From Pelagibacteraceae bacterium AG-333-C14 (GTDB taxonomy: Bacteria; Pseudomonadota; Alphaproteobacteria; Pelagibacterales; AG-422-B15): a stretch of 64,000 nt of DNA. The position numbers were made by a program, and so were the translations under genes. Position 1 is the stretch's first letter. Every line of letters starts with the position of its first letter. The stretch covers positions 90,852-154,851 of the forward strand of contig QBZD01000002.1 of NCBI GenBank assembly GCA_003282485.1. The letters are read 5' to 3'. The notes beneath the pieces were generated by a model, which saw only the letters and a program-made list of their open reading frames with translations, did not search any database and was not told the DNA's origin. Below are positions 46,805 through 57,401 of this stretch, one piece after another.

Positions 46805-47983
46805 ATGAATTTTGATTACACAGAAGAACAAACTCTTCTTGAAAACATGGTTACTTCATTTGTAAGAGATGACTATGACTGGGATACAAGGTGCTCAATT
46901 GTTAAAACTGAGGAGGGATGGAAAGAAGAGAACTGGAAAAAGTTCGCTGAACTTGGTCTTTTAGGAGTTCCTTTCGATGAGGATCATGGTGGACTAGGTG
47001 GTGAAGCGACTGACATAATGATTGTGATGGAGCAATTTGGAAAAGGCCTTGTTGTAGAGCCATACATGCCATCAATAATTCTAGCTGGAGGTCTCATCTC
47101 TAAACTGGGATCAGCAGATCAGAAAAATTCAATTATTCCAGAAATTATTTCAGGTGATAGACGTTATGTTTTTGCATACGCAGAACCTCAAAGTAGGTTT
47201 GATTTATTTGATGTAAAATGTTCGGCAACTCTTGATGGAGACAACTATACTATTAATGGATTTAAGTCAGTAGTCTTTGGTGCTGGTATGGCAACTCACT
47301 TAATTATTTCAGCGAGGACTGAAGGAGATCAAAGATCAAAGTCAGGAATTACGCTATTTCTGGTTGATATAAAATCTGATGGTATCACTTTACAGAATTA
47401 TCCGACAATTGATGAGTATAGAGCATCAGAAGTTGTTATTGAAAATTTAACTGTGTCAAAAGAAAATATTTTAGGCGAGTTACACAACTCTTATGAAGCA
47501 ATTGAAGAACAAGTAGATTTATCTACAATTGCAATATGTTCAGAAGCTGTTGGCATTTTGCAAGTACTTAAAGACTCAACTAACGATTATTGTAAAAATA
47601 GAAAACAATTTGGGCAACCCATCAGCGCTAATCAAGCTATACAGCACCGCCTTGTTGACATGATGATTGAATATGAGCAAGCAAAATCTATACTTTATAT
47701 GGCTATAACGGCTGACCTTAGCAATCCAGATGAAAGAAGAAAGGCCGCATCAGCTGCAAAGGCTCGTATTGGAAAAGCTATTAAATTTGTAGGTGAAAAT
47801 GCTATTCAACTACACGGTGGCATGGGTGTTGTTGACGAGTATATGATCAGTCACTTTTTTAAAAGAGCAACAATGATTGGTATTCTTTTCGGCAATGTTG
47901 ATTTTCATATGAAGAGATACACTGATTTGACCCAATCTAATATTCAGTCAATAAACGAAGAAGACGGGATTAATCTTTCTTAG
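46805..47983 (+). CDS. Acyl-CoA dehydrogenase family protein, degenerate (beta-like) member of second pair
   Basis: 392 aa with the ACAD fold (QLHGGMGVVDEYMISHFFKRA). Signature 1 is degenerate (AYAEPQSRFDLFD). The C-terminal ILFGNVDFH replaces YEGTxEIQ, and no ER-type Glu is present. Confidence 0.8.
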   Translation: MNFDYTEEQTLLENMVTSFVRDDYDWDTRCSIVKTEEGWKEENWKKFAELGLLGVPFDEDHGGLGGEATDIMIVMEQFGKGLVVEPYMPSIILAGGLISKLGSADQKNSIIPEIISGDRRYVFAYAEPQSRFDLFDVKCSATLDGDNYTINGFKSVVFGAGMATHLIISARTEGDQRSKSGITLFLVDIKSDGITLQNYPTIDEYRASEVVIENLTVSKENILGELHNSYEAIEEQVDLSTIAICSEAVGILQVLKDSTNDYCKNRKQFGQPISANQAIQHRLVDMMIEYEQAKSILYMAITADLSNPDERRKAASAAKARIGKAIKFVGENAIQLHGGMGVVDEYMISHFFKRATMIGILFGNVDFHMKRYTDLTQSNIQSINEEDGINLS

Positions 47984-47995
47984 ATAAATAGTTAT

Positions 47996-48898
47996 CTATT
48001 CAGATAGCTTTTTAAATATATGAGCAGTGTGTTCCGCTCCACTTCTAAGAGCTTTGCCGTTTGTCATATCTGAAGCCTCTGACCATTTTTCAGCAAGCAT
48101 ATCAGCATTTAGATCATCTCCTTTAAGAGCAATTCCCTCAGAATGAACTATTTCAGCCATTGCAAACACACCTGCTCCGGCAGAAATCATTACGCCATCT
48201 GGCGCATTTTCAGATGCCATGAATATTACAGCAGGAGAAACAGACTCTGGCTTGAGGCTATCAAATACTGCGTCAGGCATTCCAAGATTTTCTGTCATTC
48301 TTGTAGCTGCGACAGGTACGAGTGAATTTACTTTGATATTATTCTTTTGTCCTTCAATTCTCAGAGTATTCATTAATCCAACAACCCCCATTTTAGCTGA
48401 TCCGTAATTAGACTGTCCAAAATTACCAAATATTCCTGACGAAGAAGATGTCATAACTATTCGGCCATATTTCTGTTCAACCATAATAGGCCATACAGCT
48501 TTAGTACAATAGACAGATCCCATCATATGTACATCAACTACAAATTCAAAATCATCTAAGGTTACTTTTGCAAAAGATTTATCTCTCAAGACACCAGCAT
48601 TATTTACAAGAATATCAATCCTTCCATATGCTGCCATTGCGTCATCTACCAGTTTTTTTACACCAGCTTTATCAGTTACACTTGATCCATTTGAAATTGC
48701 ATCGCCACCCATAGCTTTAATTTCTTCAACAACCTTATCAGCTGCTTCACTTGATCCACCTGATCCATCCACAGAGCCACCTAGATCATTAACAATAACT
48801 TTAGCACCTCTCTCAGCAAATTGAAGCGCATGGCATCTTCCTAATCCACCCCCAGCACCTGTTACTATTGCTACTTTATCTTTAAAACTTATTGTCAT
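47996..48898 (-). CDS. SDR, MFE-2/HSD17B4 N-terminal-domain-like (R)-3-hydroxyacyl-CoA dehydrogenase
   Basis: 300 aa. FKDKVAIVTGAGGGLGRCHALQFAERGAKVIVNDLGGSVDGSGGSS..AADKVVEEI closely follows the remembered MFE-2 dehydrogenase domain. The YGSAK catalytic motif is present. Confidence 0.8.
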   Translation of the reverse strand: MTISFKDKVAIVTGAGGGLGRCHALQFAERGAKVIVNDLGGSVDGSGGSSEAADKVVEEIKAMGGDAISNGSSVTDKAGVKKLVDDAMAAYGRIDILVNNAGVLRDKSFAKVTLDDFEFVVDVHMMGSVYCTKAVWPIMVEQKYGRIVMTSSSSGIFGNFGQSNYGSAKMGVVGLMNTLRIEGQKNNIKVNSLVPVAATRMTENLGMPDAVFDSLKPESVSPAVIFMASENAPDGVMISAGAGVFAMAEIVHSEGIALKGDDLNADMLAEKWSEASDMTNGKALRSGAEHTAHIFKKLSE

Positions 48899-48907
48899 TT
48901 TTAACTC

Positions 48908-49567
48908 CTATGTGATCAAATCTTTTAATTGAGAGAAATTATTTATCACCATATCAGCCTCTTTGTAAATATTTTTATTATCTGTATATCCATACTCAAC
49001 TAAAACAACTGGCATATTTGCATTATGACCTGCATTTAAATCTGTAGCACTGTCTCCAATCATAATTGAATCAGATTGACTAATTTTGAGGTAGTTACAG
49101 ATTTCAATTAAAGGGAGAGGATCTGGTTTACTTTTAATATACGTATCTCCTCCAACAAGAAAATCAAAGTACTTTAATACATCTAACTTCTCTAAAAGCA
49201 TGACACTTAATTTTTCCATTTTATTAGTGCACACTGCTAATTTAATTTCTCTAGATTTAAGAAACTCTAAAACTTCTCTTACATTATTAAAAAGTATGCT
49301 GTCATCATCAATATTGTGCGTATAATGTAGTAAAAATATTTTTAACATCTCATTCAATTTTGCATCATCGTGTTCAATATTTTTTGTAACAGCAGTTCGT
49401 CGTATTAATTCACGCGCACCATAGCCGACCAGATTTCTTATTTCCTCTAGCGAGACTAATGGATAGTCGAGTTCAGAAAGCATATAGTTCAGAGAATTTT
49501 TAAAGTCTGGAGCTGTATCTACCAGCGTGCCATCGAGGTCAAAAATAAACAATTTTTTGTTTTTCAT
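48908..49567 (-). CDS. gph: HAD-IA hydrolase, phosphoglycolate phosphatase-like
   Basis: 219 aa. It reads FIFDLDGTLVDT, CTNK and GDSATDLNAGHNANM. Confidence 0.7.
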   Translation of the reverse strand: MKNKKLFIFDLDGTLVDTAPDFKNSLNYMLSELDYPLVSLEEIRNLVGYGARELIRRTAVTKNIEHDDAKLNEMLKIFLLHYTHNIDDDSILFNNVREVLEFLKSREIKLAVCTNKMEKLSVMLLEKLDVLKYFDFLVGGDTYIKSKPDPLPLIEICNYLKISQSDSIMIGDSATDLNAGHNANMPVVLVEYGYTDNKNIYKEADMVINNFSQLKDLIT

Positions 49568-49647
49568 AGTTAAATTAAAGTAAGCCTCTGAAATAAATTT
49601 TTACGATACAATTAATAACATATTGTTTATTTTTCATTCAAAATCCA

Positions 49648-50952
49648 ATGAATAATTTTGAAATTGTAATACTTGCAGCTGGGAAGGGAACTAGAATGAA
49701 TTCTAGTATCCCAAAAGTATTGCATCCTTTGGGTGGGAAACCCATAATTGAACATGTTTTAGATACCGCACGATCTTTAAAGCCAAAGAAAATTCATTTA
49801 GTACTTAATAAAGAAATAAAAAATGAATTTGTTCACTTAAAAAATAAAATCAATTTAATAATACAAAAAAAACAATTAGGAACTGGTGACGCCATCAACG
49901 TGGCCATAAAAAGTTTAAAAAAAAATTCTAATATTCTTGTCCTTTATGGAGATGTTCCACTCACGCATTCATCCACTTTAAAGAAAATAATTAAGTTCAA
50001 AAAAAATGAAATCCATATTCTTTGTTTCAATAAAGAAGAGCAAAATAATTATGGGAAAGTTGTATTGGGAACTAATGGTTTGGTTAATGAGATAATTGAA
50101 CAAAAAGAGCTTAAAAGAAAAGAGAACTTCTACCTATGTAATTCTGGTATTTTTTCAATACACTCATCACTTCTTCAAAAATTAATGCCAAAAATAAATA
50201 ATAAAAATATGAAGAAAGAATATTATTTAACAGATATCTTCAAAATGGCATCAAATAGTGATATCAAAATTAAGTCAGTAATTACATCTGAGAAAGAAGT
50301 TCAGGGTATCAATGATAAAAAGGATTTAGCCATGGCAGAAAATGAATTTCAGGAAAATTTAAGAGCTAAACATCTTAAAGCTGGAGTAACAATGCATGAC
50401 CCCAGTACTGTATATTTATCAGAAGACACGAAAATAGGAAAAGATGTAACTATTTACCCTTTTGTTGTGATTGGTAAAAATGTAAAAATCTTAAATGGAG
50501 CTGAGATTTATTCTTTTTCACATTTAGAAGACTGTAAGATTGGAAAGAGGGCTAGCATAGGACCTTACGCCCGTATAAGACCTGGTACACAGATTAATGA
50601 TCAGACAAAAGTTGGAAATTTCGTTGAAGTTAAGAATTCAATAATTGACACAAATTCAAAAATTAATCACCTATCTTATGTTGGAGACTCAATAATTGGA
50701 AAAAATGTTAATGTTGGAGCAGGAACAATAACATGTAATTACGATGGAAAAGCAAAATATAAAACAGTCATTAAAGACAATGCCTTTATAGGATCAAACT
50801 CTTCACTTGTTGCGCCATTAGAGGTTGGTAAAAATGCATACATTGGCTCTGGCTCAACGATAACAAAGAAAGTTAAACAAGATAGTCTGGCAGTTGAAAG
50901 ATCAGTTCAAATGGAAGTAAAAAATTGGGCCAAGAGGAAAAATAAAAAATAA
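49648..50952 (+). CDS. glmU: Bifunctional UDP-N-acetylglucosamine pyrophosphorylase / GlcN-1-P acetyltransferase
   Basis: 434 aa. LAAGKGTRM near the N-terminus, YGDVPL, and C-terminal left-handed beta-helix hexapeptide repeats. Confidence 0.9.
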   Translation: MNNFEIVILAAGKGTRMNSSIPKVLHPLGGKPIIEHVLDTARSLKPKKIHLVLNKEIKNEFVHLKNKINLIIQKKQLGTGDAINVAIKSLKKNSNILVLYGDVPLTHSSTLKKIIKFKKNEIHILCFNKEEQNNYGKVVLGTNGLVNEIIEQKELKRKENFYLCNSGIFSIHSSLLQKLMPKINNKNMKKEYYLTDIFKMASNSDIKIKSVITSEKEVQGINDKKDLAMAENEFQENLRAKHLKAGVTMHDPSTVYLSEDTKIGKDVTIYPFVVIGKNVKILNGAEIYSFSHLEDCKIGKRASIGPYARIRPGTQINDQTKVGNFVEVKNSIIDTNSKINHLSYVGDSIIGKNVNVGAGTITCNYDGKAKYKTVIKDNAFIGSNSSLVAPLEVGKNAYIGSGSTITKKVKQDSLAVERSVQMEVKNWAKRKNKK

Positions 50953-50956
50953 TTTT

Positions 50957-52780
50957 ATGTGTGGAATAGTAGGTATCACAGCAAATGAATCTGTTTCTTC
51001 AAACATTATTGGTGCCTTGAAGAAACTTGAGTACCGAGGTTACGACTCAGCTGGCATAGCTATTAATACTGAAAGTCAAATTCACCAAAAAAAAGCGAAA
51101 GGTAAGCTTGATAACTTAATACTGTCCCTTCAAAAAGATGGTTTTGATGGAAAGGTTGGAATTGGCCACACGAGGTGGGCTACACATGGCGAGCCATCAG
51201 AAAGAAATGCCCATCCTCACTCGTCACGAAAAGTTTCGCTCGTTCACAATGGAATTATTGAAAATGCATCAGAGCTTAAAATTAGAACAGAATTAAAAAA
51301 CTATAACTTTGAGTCTGATACTGACTCTGAAGTTATAACAGCGCTGATTACTCATTATCTCAATGAAGGCTATGATCATATGGAGTCGGTTAAACAAACA
51401 ATATCACTTTTAGAGGGTTCTTATGCGCTAGCTATCATCTTTAGTGACCTTAAGGATCAAATAATAGGTGCAAGGAATGGAAGTCCTTTGGTAGCGGGAA
51501 CTGATGGCAACTCCAGCTCATTAGGATCTGATTCAATAGCATTAAGCTCAATCGCAAAAAAAGTATGCTACTTAGAAGATGGTGATATTGTTGTGCTAAG
51601 TAGAGAAAATGTTGAGATCTATAATTCATCGGGAGATAAAGCCAATAGAGAATTTGTTGATATTGGTATTGTGGATACAGAAGTCAGTAAGGGATCATAC
51701 AATCATTTTATGGAAAAAGAGATTCATGAACATCCTAAGGCTGTTGGTGAAACATTTAGGCAATTCATTGATCATGATCAGGGGATAATTTCAGTTGATG
51801 ATATAGGACTAAACTTCAATTATATTTCAAAGATACATTTAATTGCCTGTGGCACAGCATACTACTCCTGCTTGGTTGCAAAATATTATTTTGAACAATA
51901 TGCAAGACTGCCCGTAGAGTGTGATATGGCATCTGAGTTTAGATACCGAGATCCTGTTCTTGATAATAAGGCATTATATATATTTGTTTCTCAATCAGGT
52001 GAAACAGCTGACACAAAAGCGGCATTAGATTATTGCAAAGATGCTAAGGTTAGAACTCTCAGTATTGTAAATGTTATGAACAGCTCAATTGCACGCGAAA
52101 GTGATTATTGTTTATATACTAAAGCGGGAGCAGAAATTGGCGTAGCTTCCACAAAAGCATTTACGGCACAATTATCAGTTCTGTTATCAATGGCACTGCA
52201 TTGTGGCACTAAGAATAACAATGTTACAATTGAGCAGAATAGAGAGATTTGCAAAGAAATTATGCAGGCTCCTCAAATTCTAGAGAAGGCAATAAAAAGA
52301 TCTTACGAATTAAAAGAGACTGCAAAAGCTATAATAGACTCTAAAGGTGTAATGTATTTGGGAAGAGGCACTGCTTTTCCCCTAGCACTAGAAGGCGCAC
52401 TCAAATTTAAAGAAATCTCCTATATACATGCGGAAGGTTATCCAGCTGGAGAGATGAAACATGGTCCACTTGCCTTGATTGAGAAAGATTTGCCAGTAGT
52501 ATGTATTGTTCCACCAGGCCCTCTATTCCATAAAACAGTGTCAAATATTCAAGAGGTTATTGCTCGAGGTGGTAGAATATTAATGATTACAGATGATGAA
52601 AGCCTTGAATCCAGTTCAGAAAATATATGGAAGATTTTTAGATTGCCAAAAACACCAAAATCTATTGAAGCTATTGTGTATTCTGTCCCCATACACATGC
52701 TGGCATATTACACAGCTGTTGAACTAGGCAATGATGTAGATCAACCACGTAATCTTGCTAAATCAGTTACAGTAGAGTAG
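50957..52780 (+). CDS. glmS: Glutamine-fructose-6-phosphate aminotransferase (isomerizing)
   Basis: 607 aa. It starts MCGIVG (catalytic Cys), then HTRWATHG, two SIS domains (SQSGETADT), and the C-terminal AKSVTVE. Confidence 0.97.
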   Translation: MCGIVGITANESVSSNIIGALKKLEYRGYDSAGIAINTESQIHQKKAKGKLDNLILSLQKDGFDGKVGIGHTRWATHGEPSERNAHPHSSRKVSLVHNGIIENASELKIRTELKNYNFESDTDSEVITALITHYLNEGYDHMESVKQTISLLEGSYALAIIFSDLKDQIIGARNGSPLVAGTDGNSSSLGSDSIALSSIAKKVCYLEDGDIVVLSRENVEIYNSSGDKANREFVDIGIVDTEVSKGSYNHFMEKEIHEHPKAVGETFRQFIDHDQGIISVDDIGLNFNYISKIHLIACGTAYYSCLVAKYYFEQYARLPVECDMASEFRYRDPVLDNKALYIFVSQSGETADTKAALDYCKDAKVRTLSIVNVMNSSIARESDYCLYTKAGAEIGVASTKAFTAQLSVLLSMALHCGTKNNNVTIEQNREICKEIMQAPQILEKAIKRSYELKETAKAIIDSKGVMYLGRGTAFPLALEGALKFKEISYIHAEGYPAGEMKHGPLALIEKDLPVVCIVPPGPLFHKTVSNIQEVIARGGRILMITDDESLESSSENIWKIFRLPKTPKSIEAIVYSVPIHMLAYYTAVELGNDVDQPRNLAKSVTVE

Positions 52781-52815
52781 GATTTTTTAATAAATAATAA
52801 TTTTGGGGGAAAATT

Positions 52816-53037
52816 ATGAGTGAAATTAAATGGGAATATAAAATTGTTAATCATCATAACTCAACATCGATGGGATACTCTAATCCAGAAACAGAAGAAT
52901 TTAAGGAAAAGTATAAAGATAAAGATTGGAAGCTTGAGATGAGGAATATTGCTATGAATCAACTTGGTCAAGAAGGTTGGGAAATGACAGGTATAAATGG
53001 TAATAATGAAATTTATTTAAAGCGAAGACTTGCTTAA
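52816..53037 (+). CDS. Small protein, DUF4177-like
   Basis: 73 aa. WEYKIV...LNQLGQEGWEMTGI...YLKR resembles the DUF4177 pattern. A GGGGGA SD is present. Confidence 0.45.
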   Translation: MSEIKWEYKIVNHHNSTSMGYSNPETEEFKEKYKDKDWKLEMRNIAMNQLGQEGWEMTGINGNNEIYLKRRLA

Positions 53038-53554
53038 ATATCAAAATCTAATTGTCTTAGGTCCACTAATTTATGCTATTCACCATTTTGAGGAGCATGT
53101 TCTCTTTAATTTTAGAGAATGGAGATTAAAATATTTTTCTGATAACAATTCAATTTCTACTGAGACTATTTTAATCATACTGAGCTCTTTACTTTTAGTA
53201 TTTATATTTTTTCATTTGGTAAAAAAAAATAGAGCAAGTGCACATCTTGTATTATTTTTTTTAATGACCACTCAAGTTGTTAATGCCTTTTTTCATGTAT
53301 TTTTTAGTCTTTATTATAACGATTTTAGTCCAGGAACAATTACGGGTATAATTCTTTATCTTCCAATAAATATTTTAATTATTTCAGCCGCATTCAAAGA
53401 GAGTTTTCTTAAAAGTTATATTGAATTAGCAATGATTGGACTATTCGGAATTGCAACCTTTTCTTTATTTGAATTATTTGGCCCAATTGTCATTGGCCTA
53501 TCAATAATAGTCTCTTTTTTATACTATACGTTTTTTAAAAATAAATTAGTATAG
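53030..53554 (+). CDS. HXXEE-domain membrane protein
   Basis: 174 aa with four hydrophobic helices and the motif AIHHFEEHV (HxxEE) in the first helix. It overlaps the upstream small gene by 8 nt. Confidence 0.6.
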   Translation: MLKYQNLIVLGPLIYAIHHFEEHVLFNFREWRLKYFSDNNSISTETILIILSSLLLVFIFFHLVKKNRASAHLVLFFLMTTQVVNAFFHVFFSLYYNDFSPGTITGIILYLPINILIISAAFKESFLKSYIELAMIGLFGIATFSLFELFGPIVIGLSIIVSFLYYTFFKNKLV

Positions 53555-53559
53555 GTTCC

Positions 53560-54243
53560 ATGACAGTAACTCTAAAAACAGAAGGTGATGTATCAATCAT
53601 TAATATGGATGATGGTAAGGTGAATGTTTTTTCACCAGAGATGATTCAGAATTTTGAAAAAATCATGGACCAAATTCCAACTAATAAGGGTTCAGTTTTA
53701 ATTACAGGAAGACCTGGTATGTTTTCAGCTGGATTTGATTTAAAGGTTATGATGTCGAGTCCTGAAAATGCCGCAGCTATGGTTAAGTCTGGTTTCTTAA
53801 TGCTGAAAAGAGTTTTCTCATTTCCTCGTCCCGTAGTTGCTGCATGTAGTGGACACGCCATTGCTCTTGGGGCTTTTCTTTTATGCAGCAGTGATTACCG
53901 TGTTGGCTGTGAAGGTGACTTTAAGGTTGGGGCAAATGAATTAAGAAACAATATGATTGTACCAACACCTATTTTAGAAATTGCAAAATTTAAATTAACA
54001 AAATCACACAAGCAAAGGGCACTTCTCAACGCTGAAATGTATTCAATAAAAGATTCTATCGAACCAGGATATATTGATGAAGTAGTAAGTCCCGAAAGTT
54101 TTTATGATGTCGCACTAACAAAAGCAAAAGATCTAGCGACTTTGGCACACCCTCAATATGATCAAACCAAGAAACTCGATCAGGAAGATGTGTTGCCTAA
54201 AATTAGCAAGGGCATAGAACAAATCACCTCACCCGTTGGGTAA
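53560..54243 (+). CDS. Enoyl-CoA hydratase/isomerase (crotonase) family protein
   Basis: 227 aa. It reads GKVNVFS, FSAGFDLK and PVVAACSGHAIALGAFLL (oxyanion-hole helices). Confidence 0.8.
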   Translation: MTVTLKTEGDVSIINMDDGKVNVFSPEMIQNFEKIMDQIPTNKGSVLITGRPGMFSAGFDLKVMMSSPENAAAMVKSGFLMLKRVFSFPRPVVAACSGHAIALGAFLLCSSDYRVGCEGDFKVGANELRNNMIVPTPILEIAKFKLTKSHKQRALLNAEMYSIKDSIEPGYIDEVVSPESFYDVALTKAKDLATLAHPQYDQTKKLDQEDVLPKISKGIEQITSPVG

Positions 54244-54339
54244 ATCAAATTTATCTAATAAAATCAGTATATTTAGCTAAGACTCTAGTAATTTAGATTA
54301 TTTGGTACTATAAGGCTGAAAAATATAGAGTTTTTAAAA

Positions 54340-55719
54340 ATGAGTAAATGGAGCGTAAATAGTTGGAGAGGATTCAAGGCAAAGCATATTCCTGAATATC
54401 CAGATAAATCAGAGTTAGAAAAAACTGAAAGCCAACTAAAAACATATCCACCATTAGTTTTCGCAGGTGAAGCAAGAGATTTAAAAAGACATCTTGCTAA
54501 AGTCTCAGAAGGAAAAGCGTTTCTATTACAAGGTGGAGATTGTGCAGAAAGTTTTGACGACTTTAATGCTGATTACATAAGAGATACTTTCAAAGTTCTT
54601 TTACAAATGTCTGTGACACTTACAGCAGCAGGCAATTGCCCCGTCGTTAAAGTTGGAAGAATGGCAGGACAATTTGCTAAACCAAGAAGTTCACCCAAAG
54701 AAGAAATTGATGGAGTTGAGTTGGATAGCTATAAAGGCGATATCATTAATGATATGGAGTTTACAGAGTCTTCAAGAGTACCTGATCCTCAACGAATGAT
54801 TAGAGCATACACGCAATCAGCAGCAACTCTCAATTTATTACGCGCTTTTGCAAAGGGTGGTTTTTCTGACCTTAATAAAGTTCACCAATGGAATATGGGT
54901 TTTGTTGATGAGAGTCCTCAAGGAAAAAAATTCAGAGATCTAGCAGACAAAATATCAGATACATTATCTTTTATGGATGCCATAGGTATTTCATCTGGCA
55001 ATACAAAAAGATTAAGAAATGTTGATTTTTTTACAAGTCATGAAGCACTACTCTTGCCATATGAGGAATGTTTAACACGTACAGATAGTACAACTGGCGA
55101 AGTCTACGATACATCAGCTCACATGGTGTGGATTGGCGATAGAACAAGACAACTTGATGGAGCTCACGTAGAATTTTGCAGAGGCATTAAAAACCCTATT
55201 GGAATTAAGTGTGGTCCAACTTTAGATCCCGATGAATTAAAGAAGTTGATCGATGTATTAAATCCCGAAAATGAAGCTGGTAAAATAACCCTCATTTGTA
55301 GATTTGGGGTTGATAACGTTGAAGAGAAGTTACCCAAACTAATTGGACCTTTTGCTAACTCAGATTACAACCTCGTTTGGTCATGTGACCCCATGCACGG
55401 TAATACTATGAAAGCTAATTCTGGCTTTAAGACCAGACCTTTTGAGAGGGTTATTCAAGAAGTTGAGTCATTTTTTGATATTCACCACTCTCTAGGAACA
55501 TATCCTGGTGGAGTGCATTTGGAGATGACAGGGCAAAACGTGACTGAGTGCATTGGCGGTGCCCAAGCGATAAAAGATGAAGATTTATCTGCCAGATACC
55601 ATACTCATTGTGACCCTAGACTTAACGCAAACCAGGCATTAGAACTTGCCTTCTTAATATCTGACAAGCTCAGAGAATCTCAAGAACCTCACAAGTCAAA
55701 AATTATAATTGCCAAGTAA
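54340..55719 (+). CDS. 3-deoxy-7-phosphoheptulonate (DAHP) synthase, class II
   Basis: 459 aa. It reads [44 protein letters not shown] and HLEMTG. These are plant/Mycobacterium-type class II hallmarks. Confidence 0.93.
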   Translation: MSKWSVNSWRGFKAKHIPEYPDKSELEKTESQLKTYPPLVFAGEARDLKRHLAKVSEGKAFLLQGGDCAESFDDFNADYIRDTFKVLLQMSVTLTAAGNCPVVKVGRMAGQFAKPRSSPKEEIDGVELDSYKGDIINDMEFTESSRVPDPQRMIRAYTQSAATLNLLRAFAKGGFSDLNKVHQWNMGFVDESPQGKKFRDLADKISDTLSFMDAIGISSGNTKRLRNVDFFTSHEALLLPYEECLTRTDSTTGEVYDTSAHMVWIGDRTRQLDGAHVEFCRGIKNPIGIKCGPTLDPDELKKLIDVLNPENEAGKITLICRFGVDNVEEKLPKLIGPFANSDYNLVWSCDPMHGNTMKANSGFKTRPFERVIQEVESFFDIHHSLGTYPGGVHLEMTGQNVTECIGGAQAIKDEDLSARYHTHCDPRLNANQALELAFLISDKLRESQEPHKSKIIIAK

Positions 55720-55754
55720 TTGCGACTAAATTAATTAGTTGTAATATCAGTCAA

Positions 55755-57401
55755 ATGACAGAAAAAATTTCATTATTAGTAGTTCAATCAAACCCAGTTG
55801 TTGGGAACATTGCATTCAACAAACAGATCGTTATTGACCACTTACAAAATAATAATTCTGATCTAATTTTATTTTCAGAGCTTATGTTAACTGGTTACCC
55901 GCCAGAGGATTTAATTTTAAAGCCTGCTTTTATGAAAAAAGTTCATGAAGCGGTTGATGAAATTGTTAATCTATCAAAAGGGAAGCACCCAACTGTTGTA
56001 CTAGGTACACCTTGGTTAGATGAAGGTAATTTATTTAATGCTGCAGTAGTTATTCATGACGGAAAGATCTTGCATAAACATTACAAGATGGCACTTCCAA
56101 ACTATGGAGTATTTGATGAAAAGAGAATATTTTCAAATGGTGAAAAAGTAAGTGTTATAGATTTTAAAGGTATTAATCTGGGGATATTTATTTGTGAAGA
56201 TATTTGGGTAAATCAAACCATCACTGAAATTGGTGAACAACAGATCGATCTTGCTGTTTCTCTCAATGCGTCTCCTTTTGATATCAATAAAATTAATGAA
56301 CGAGAAAAGAAAGCTATCGAATTTTCAAAATCTATCGCTGCACCTCTCATCTATGTTAATCAAGTAGGAGGTCAGGATGAAATAGTCTTTGATGGAAGCT
56401 CATTCCTAAATGATCAAGAAAAAGTTATCTACAAACTTAAGCACTGTCAGTCAGAGTCTAAGGAATTTTTATTTGATGAAGACCATAAATTTTTAATAGA
56501 AGATACGTTCTCTGATCATACAGATATGAATGATGTCATTTACTCCAGTTTAATCTTGGGTCTAAGAGATTATGTTGAAAAGAATAATTTTCCAGGCGTT
56601 GTATTAGGCATATCAGGAGGAATTGATAGCGCTTTTAGTGCAGCTGTTGCCACTGATGCACTTGGTCCTTCAAGAGTAAAAGGTATCTTAATGCCCTCAA
56701 AATATACGAGTTTTGAGAGCAATACAGATGCATCAGAACTTGGCAACAATTTAGGCATTGAACTTATGAACATATCTATCAATGATATTGTCAATTCCTA
56801 CGATAACACACTTAATGATCTTTTTTCTGGAACAGATAAAGACATCACTGAGGAGAACATTCAATCGCGAACAAGAGGAGCGATTTTGATGGCCTATTCA
56901 AACAAATTTGGTCACATGGTTATCACAAACGGCAATAAATCAGAGGTATCTGTTGGTTATTCGACACTCTATGGAGATATGTGTGGAGGGTTTTCTGTTG
57001 TTAAAGACATTTATAAAACTGACCTATTTAAATTGTCGGAATGGAGAAACAAAAATAAGCCCTCTTTATCGTTGCTCGATAAAAATGAGATTATACCAAA
57101 TAATATTATAACCAAAGAACCTACAGCTGAATTAAAAGAAGATCAGAAAGACAGTGATTCACTACCACCCTATGATGTATTGGATAAAGTATTGTACCAT
57201 CTTGTTGAAAAAGAAAGTTCAGTAAAAGAGATTGTAGATCAAGGATTTGATAAAGAATTAGTTAAAAGAATTCAAAATCTACTCTACAATTCAGAATATA
57301 AAAGAAGACAAGCAGCGCCAGGCGTGAAGATTTCTGAAAGAAATTTTGGCTATGATAGAAGATATCCGATCACAAATGCATTTAGAGATATGGAAAATTA
57401 A
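55755..57401 (+). CDS. nadE: Glutamine-dependent NAD+ synthetase (nitrilase domain + synthetase domain)
   Basis: 548 aa. An N-terminal CN-hydrolase domain (FSELMLTGYPPED, ICEDIW) is followed by the ATP-PPase SGGIDS motif. Confidence 0.93.
   Translation: MTEKISLLVVQSNPVVGNIAFNKQIVIDHLQNNNSDLILFSELMLTGYPPEDLILKPAFMKKVHEAVDEIVNLSKGKHPTVVLGTPWLDEGNLFNAAVVIHDGKILHKHYKMALPNYGVFDEKRIFSNGEKVSVIDFKGINLGIFICEDIWVNQTITEIGEQQIDLAVSLNASPFDINKINEREKKAIEFSKSIAAPLIYVNQVGGQDEIVFDGSSFLNDQEKVIYKLKHCQSESKEFLFDEDHKFLIEDTFSDHTDMNDVIYSSLILGLRDYVEKNNFPGVVLGISGGIDSAFSAAVATDALGPSRVKGILMPSKYTSFESNTDASELGNNLGIELMNISINDIVNSYDNTLNDLFSGTDKDITEENIQSRTRGAILMAYSNKFGHMVITNGNKSEVSVGYSTLYGDMCGGFSVVKDIYKTDLFKLSEWRNKNKPSLSLLDKNEIIPNNIITKEPTAELKEDQKDSDSLPPYDVLDKVLYHLVEKESSVKEIVDQGFDKELVKRIQNLLYNSEYKRRQAAPGVKISERNFGYDRRYPITNAFRDMEN

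Noticed and set aside
47981-47998. The palindrome tagataa-atag-ttatcta makes the stop codons of the convergent ACAD and SDR genes base-pair with each other.
   Set aside because: It is a 7-bp all-but-one A/T stem. It is a curiosity and too weak to call a terminator or regulatory element without data.
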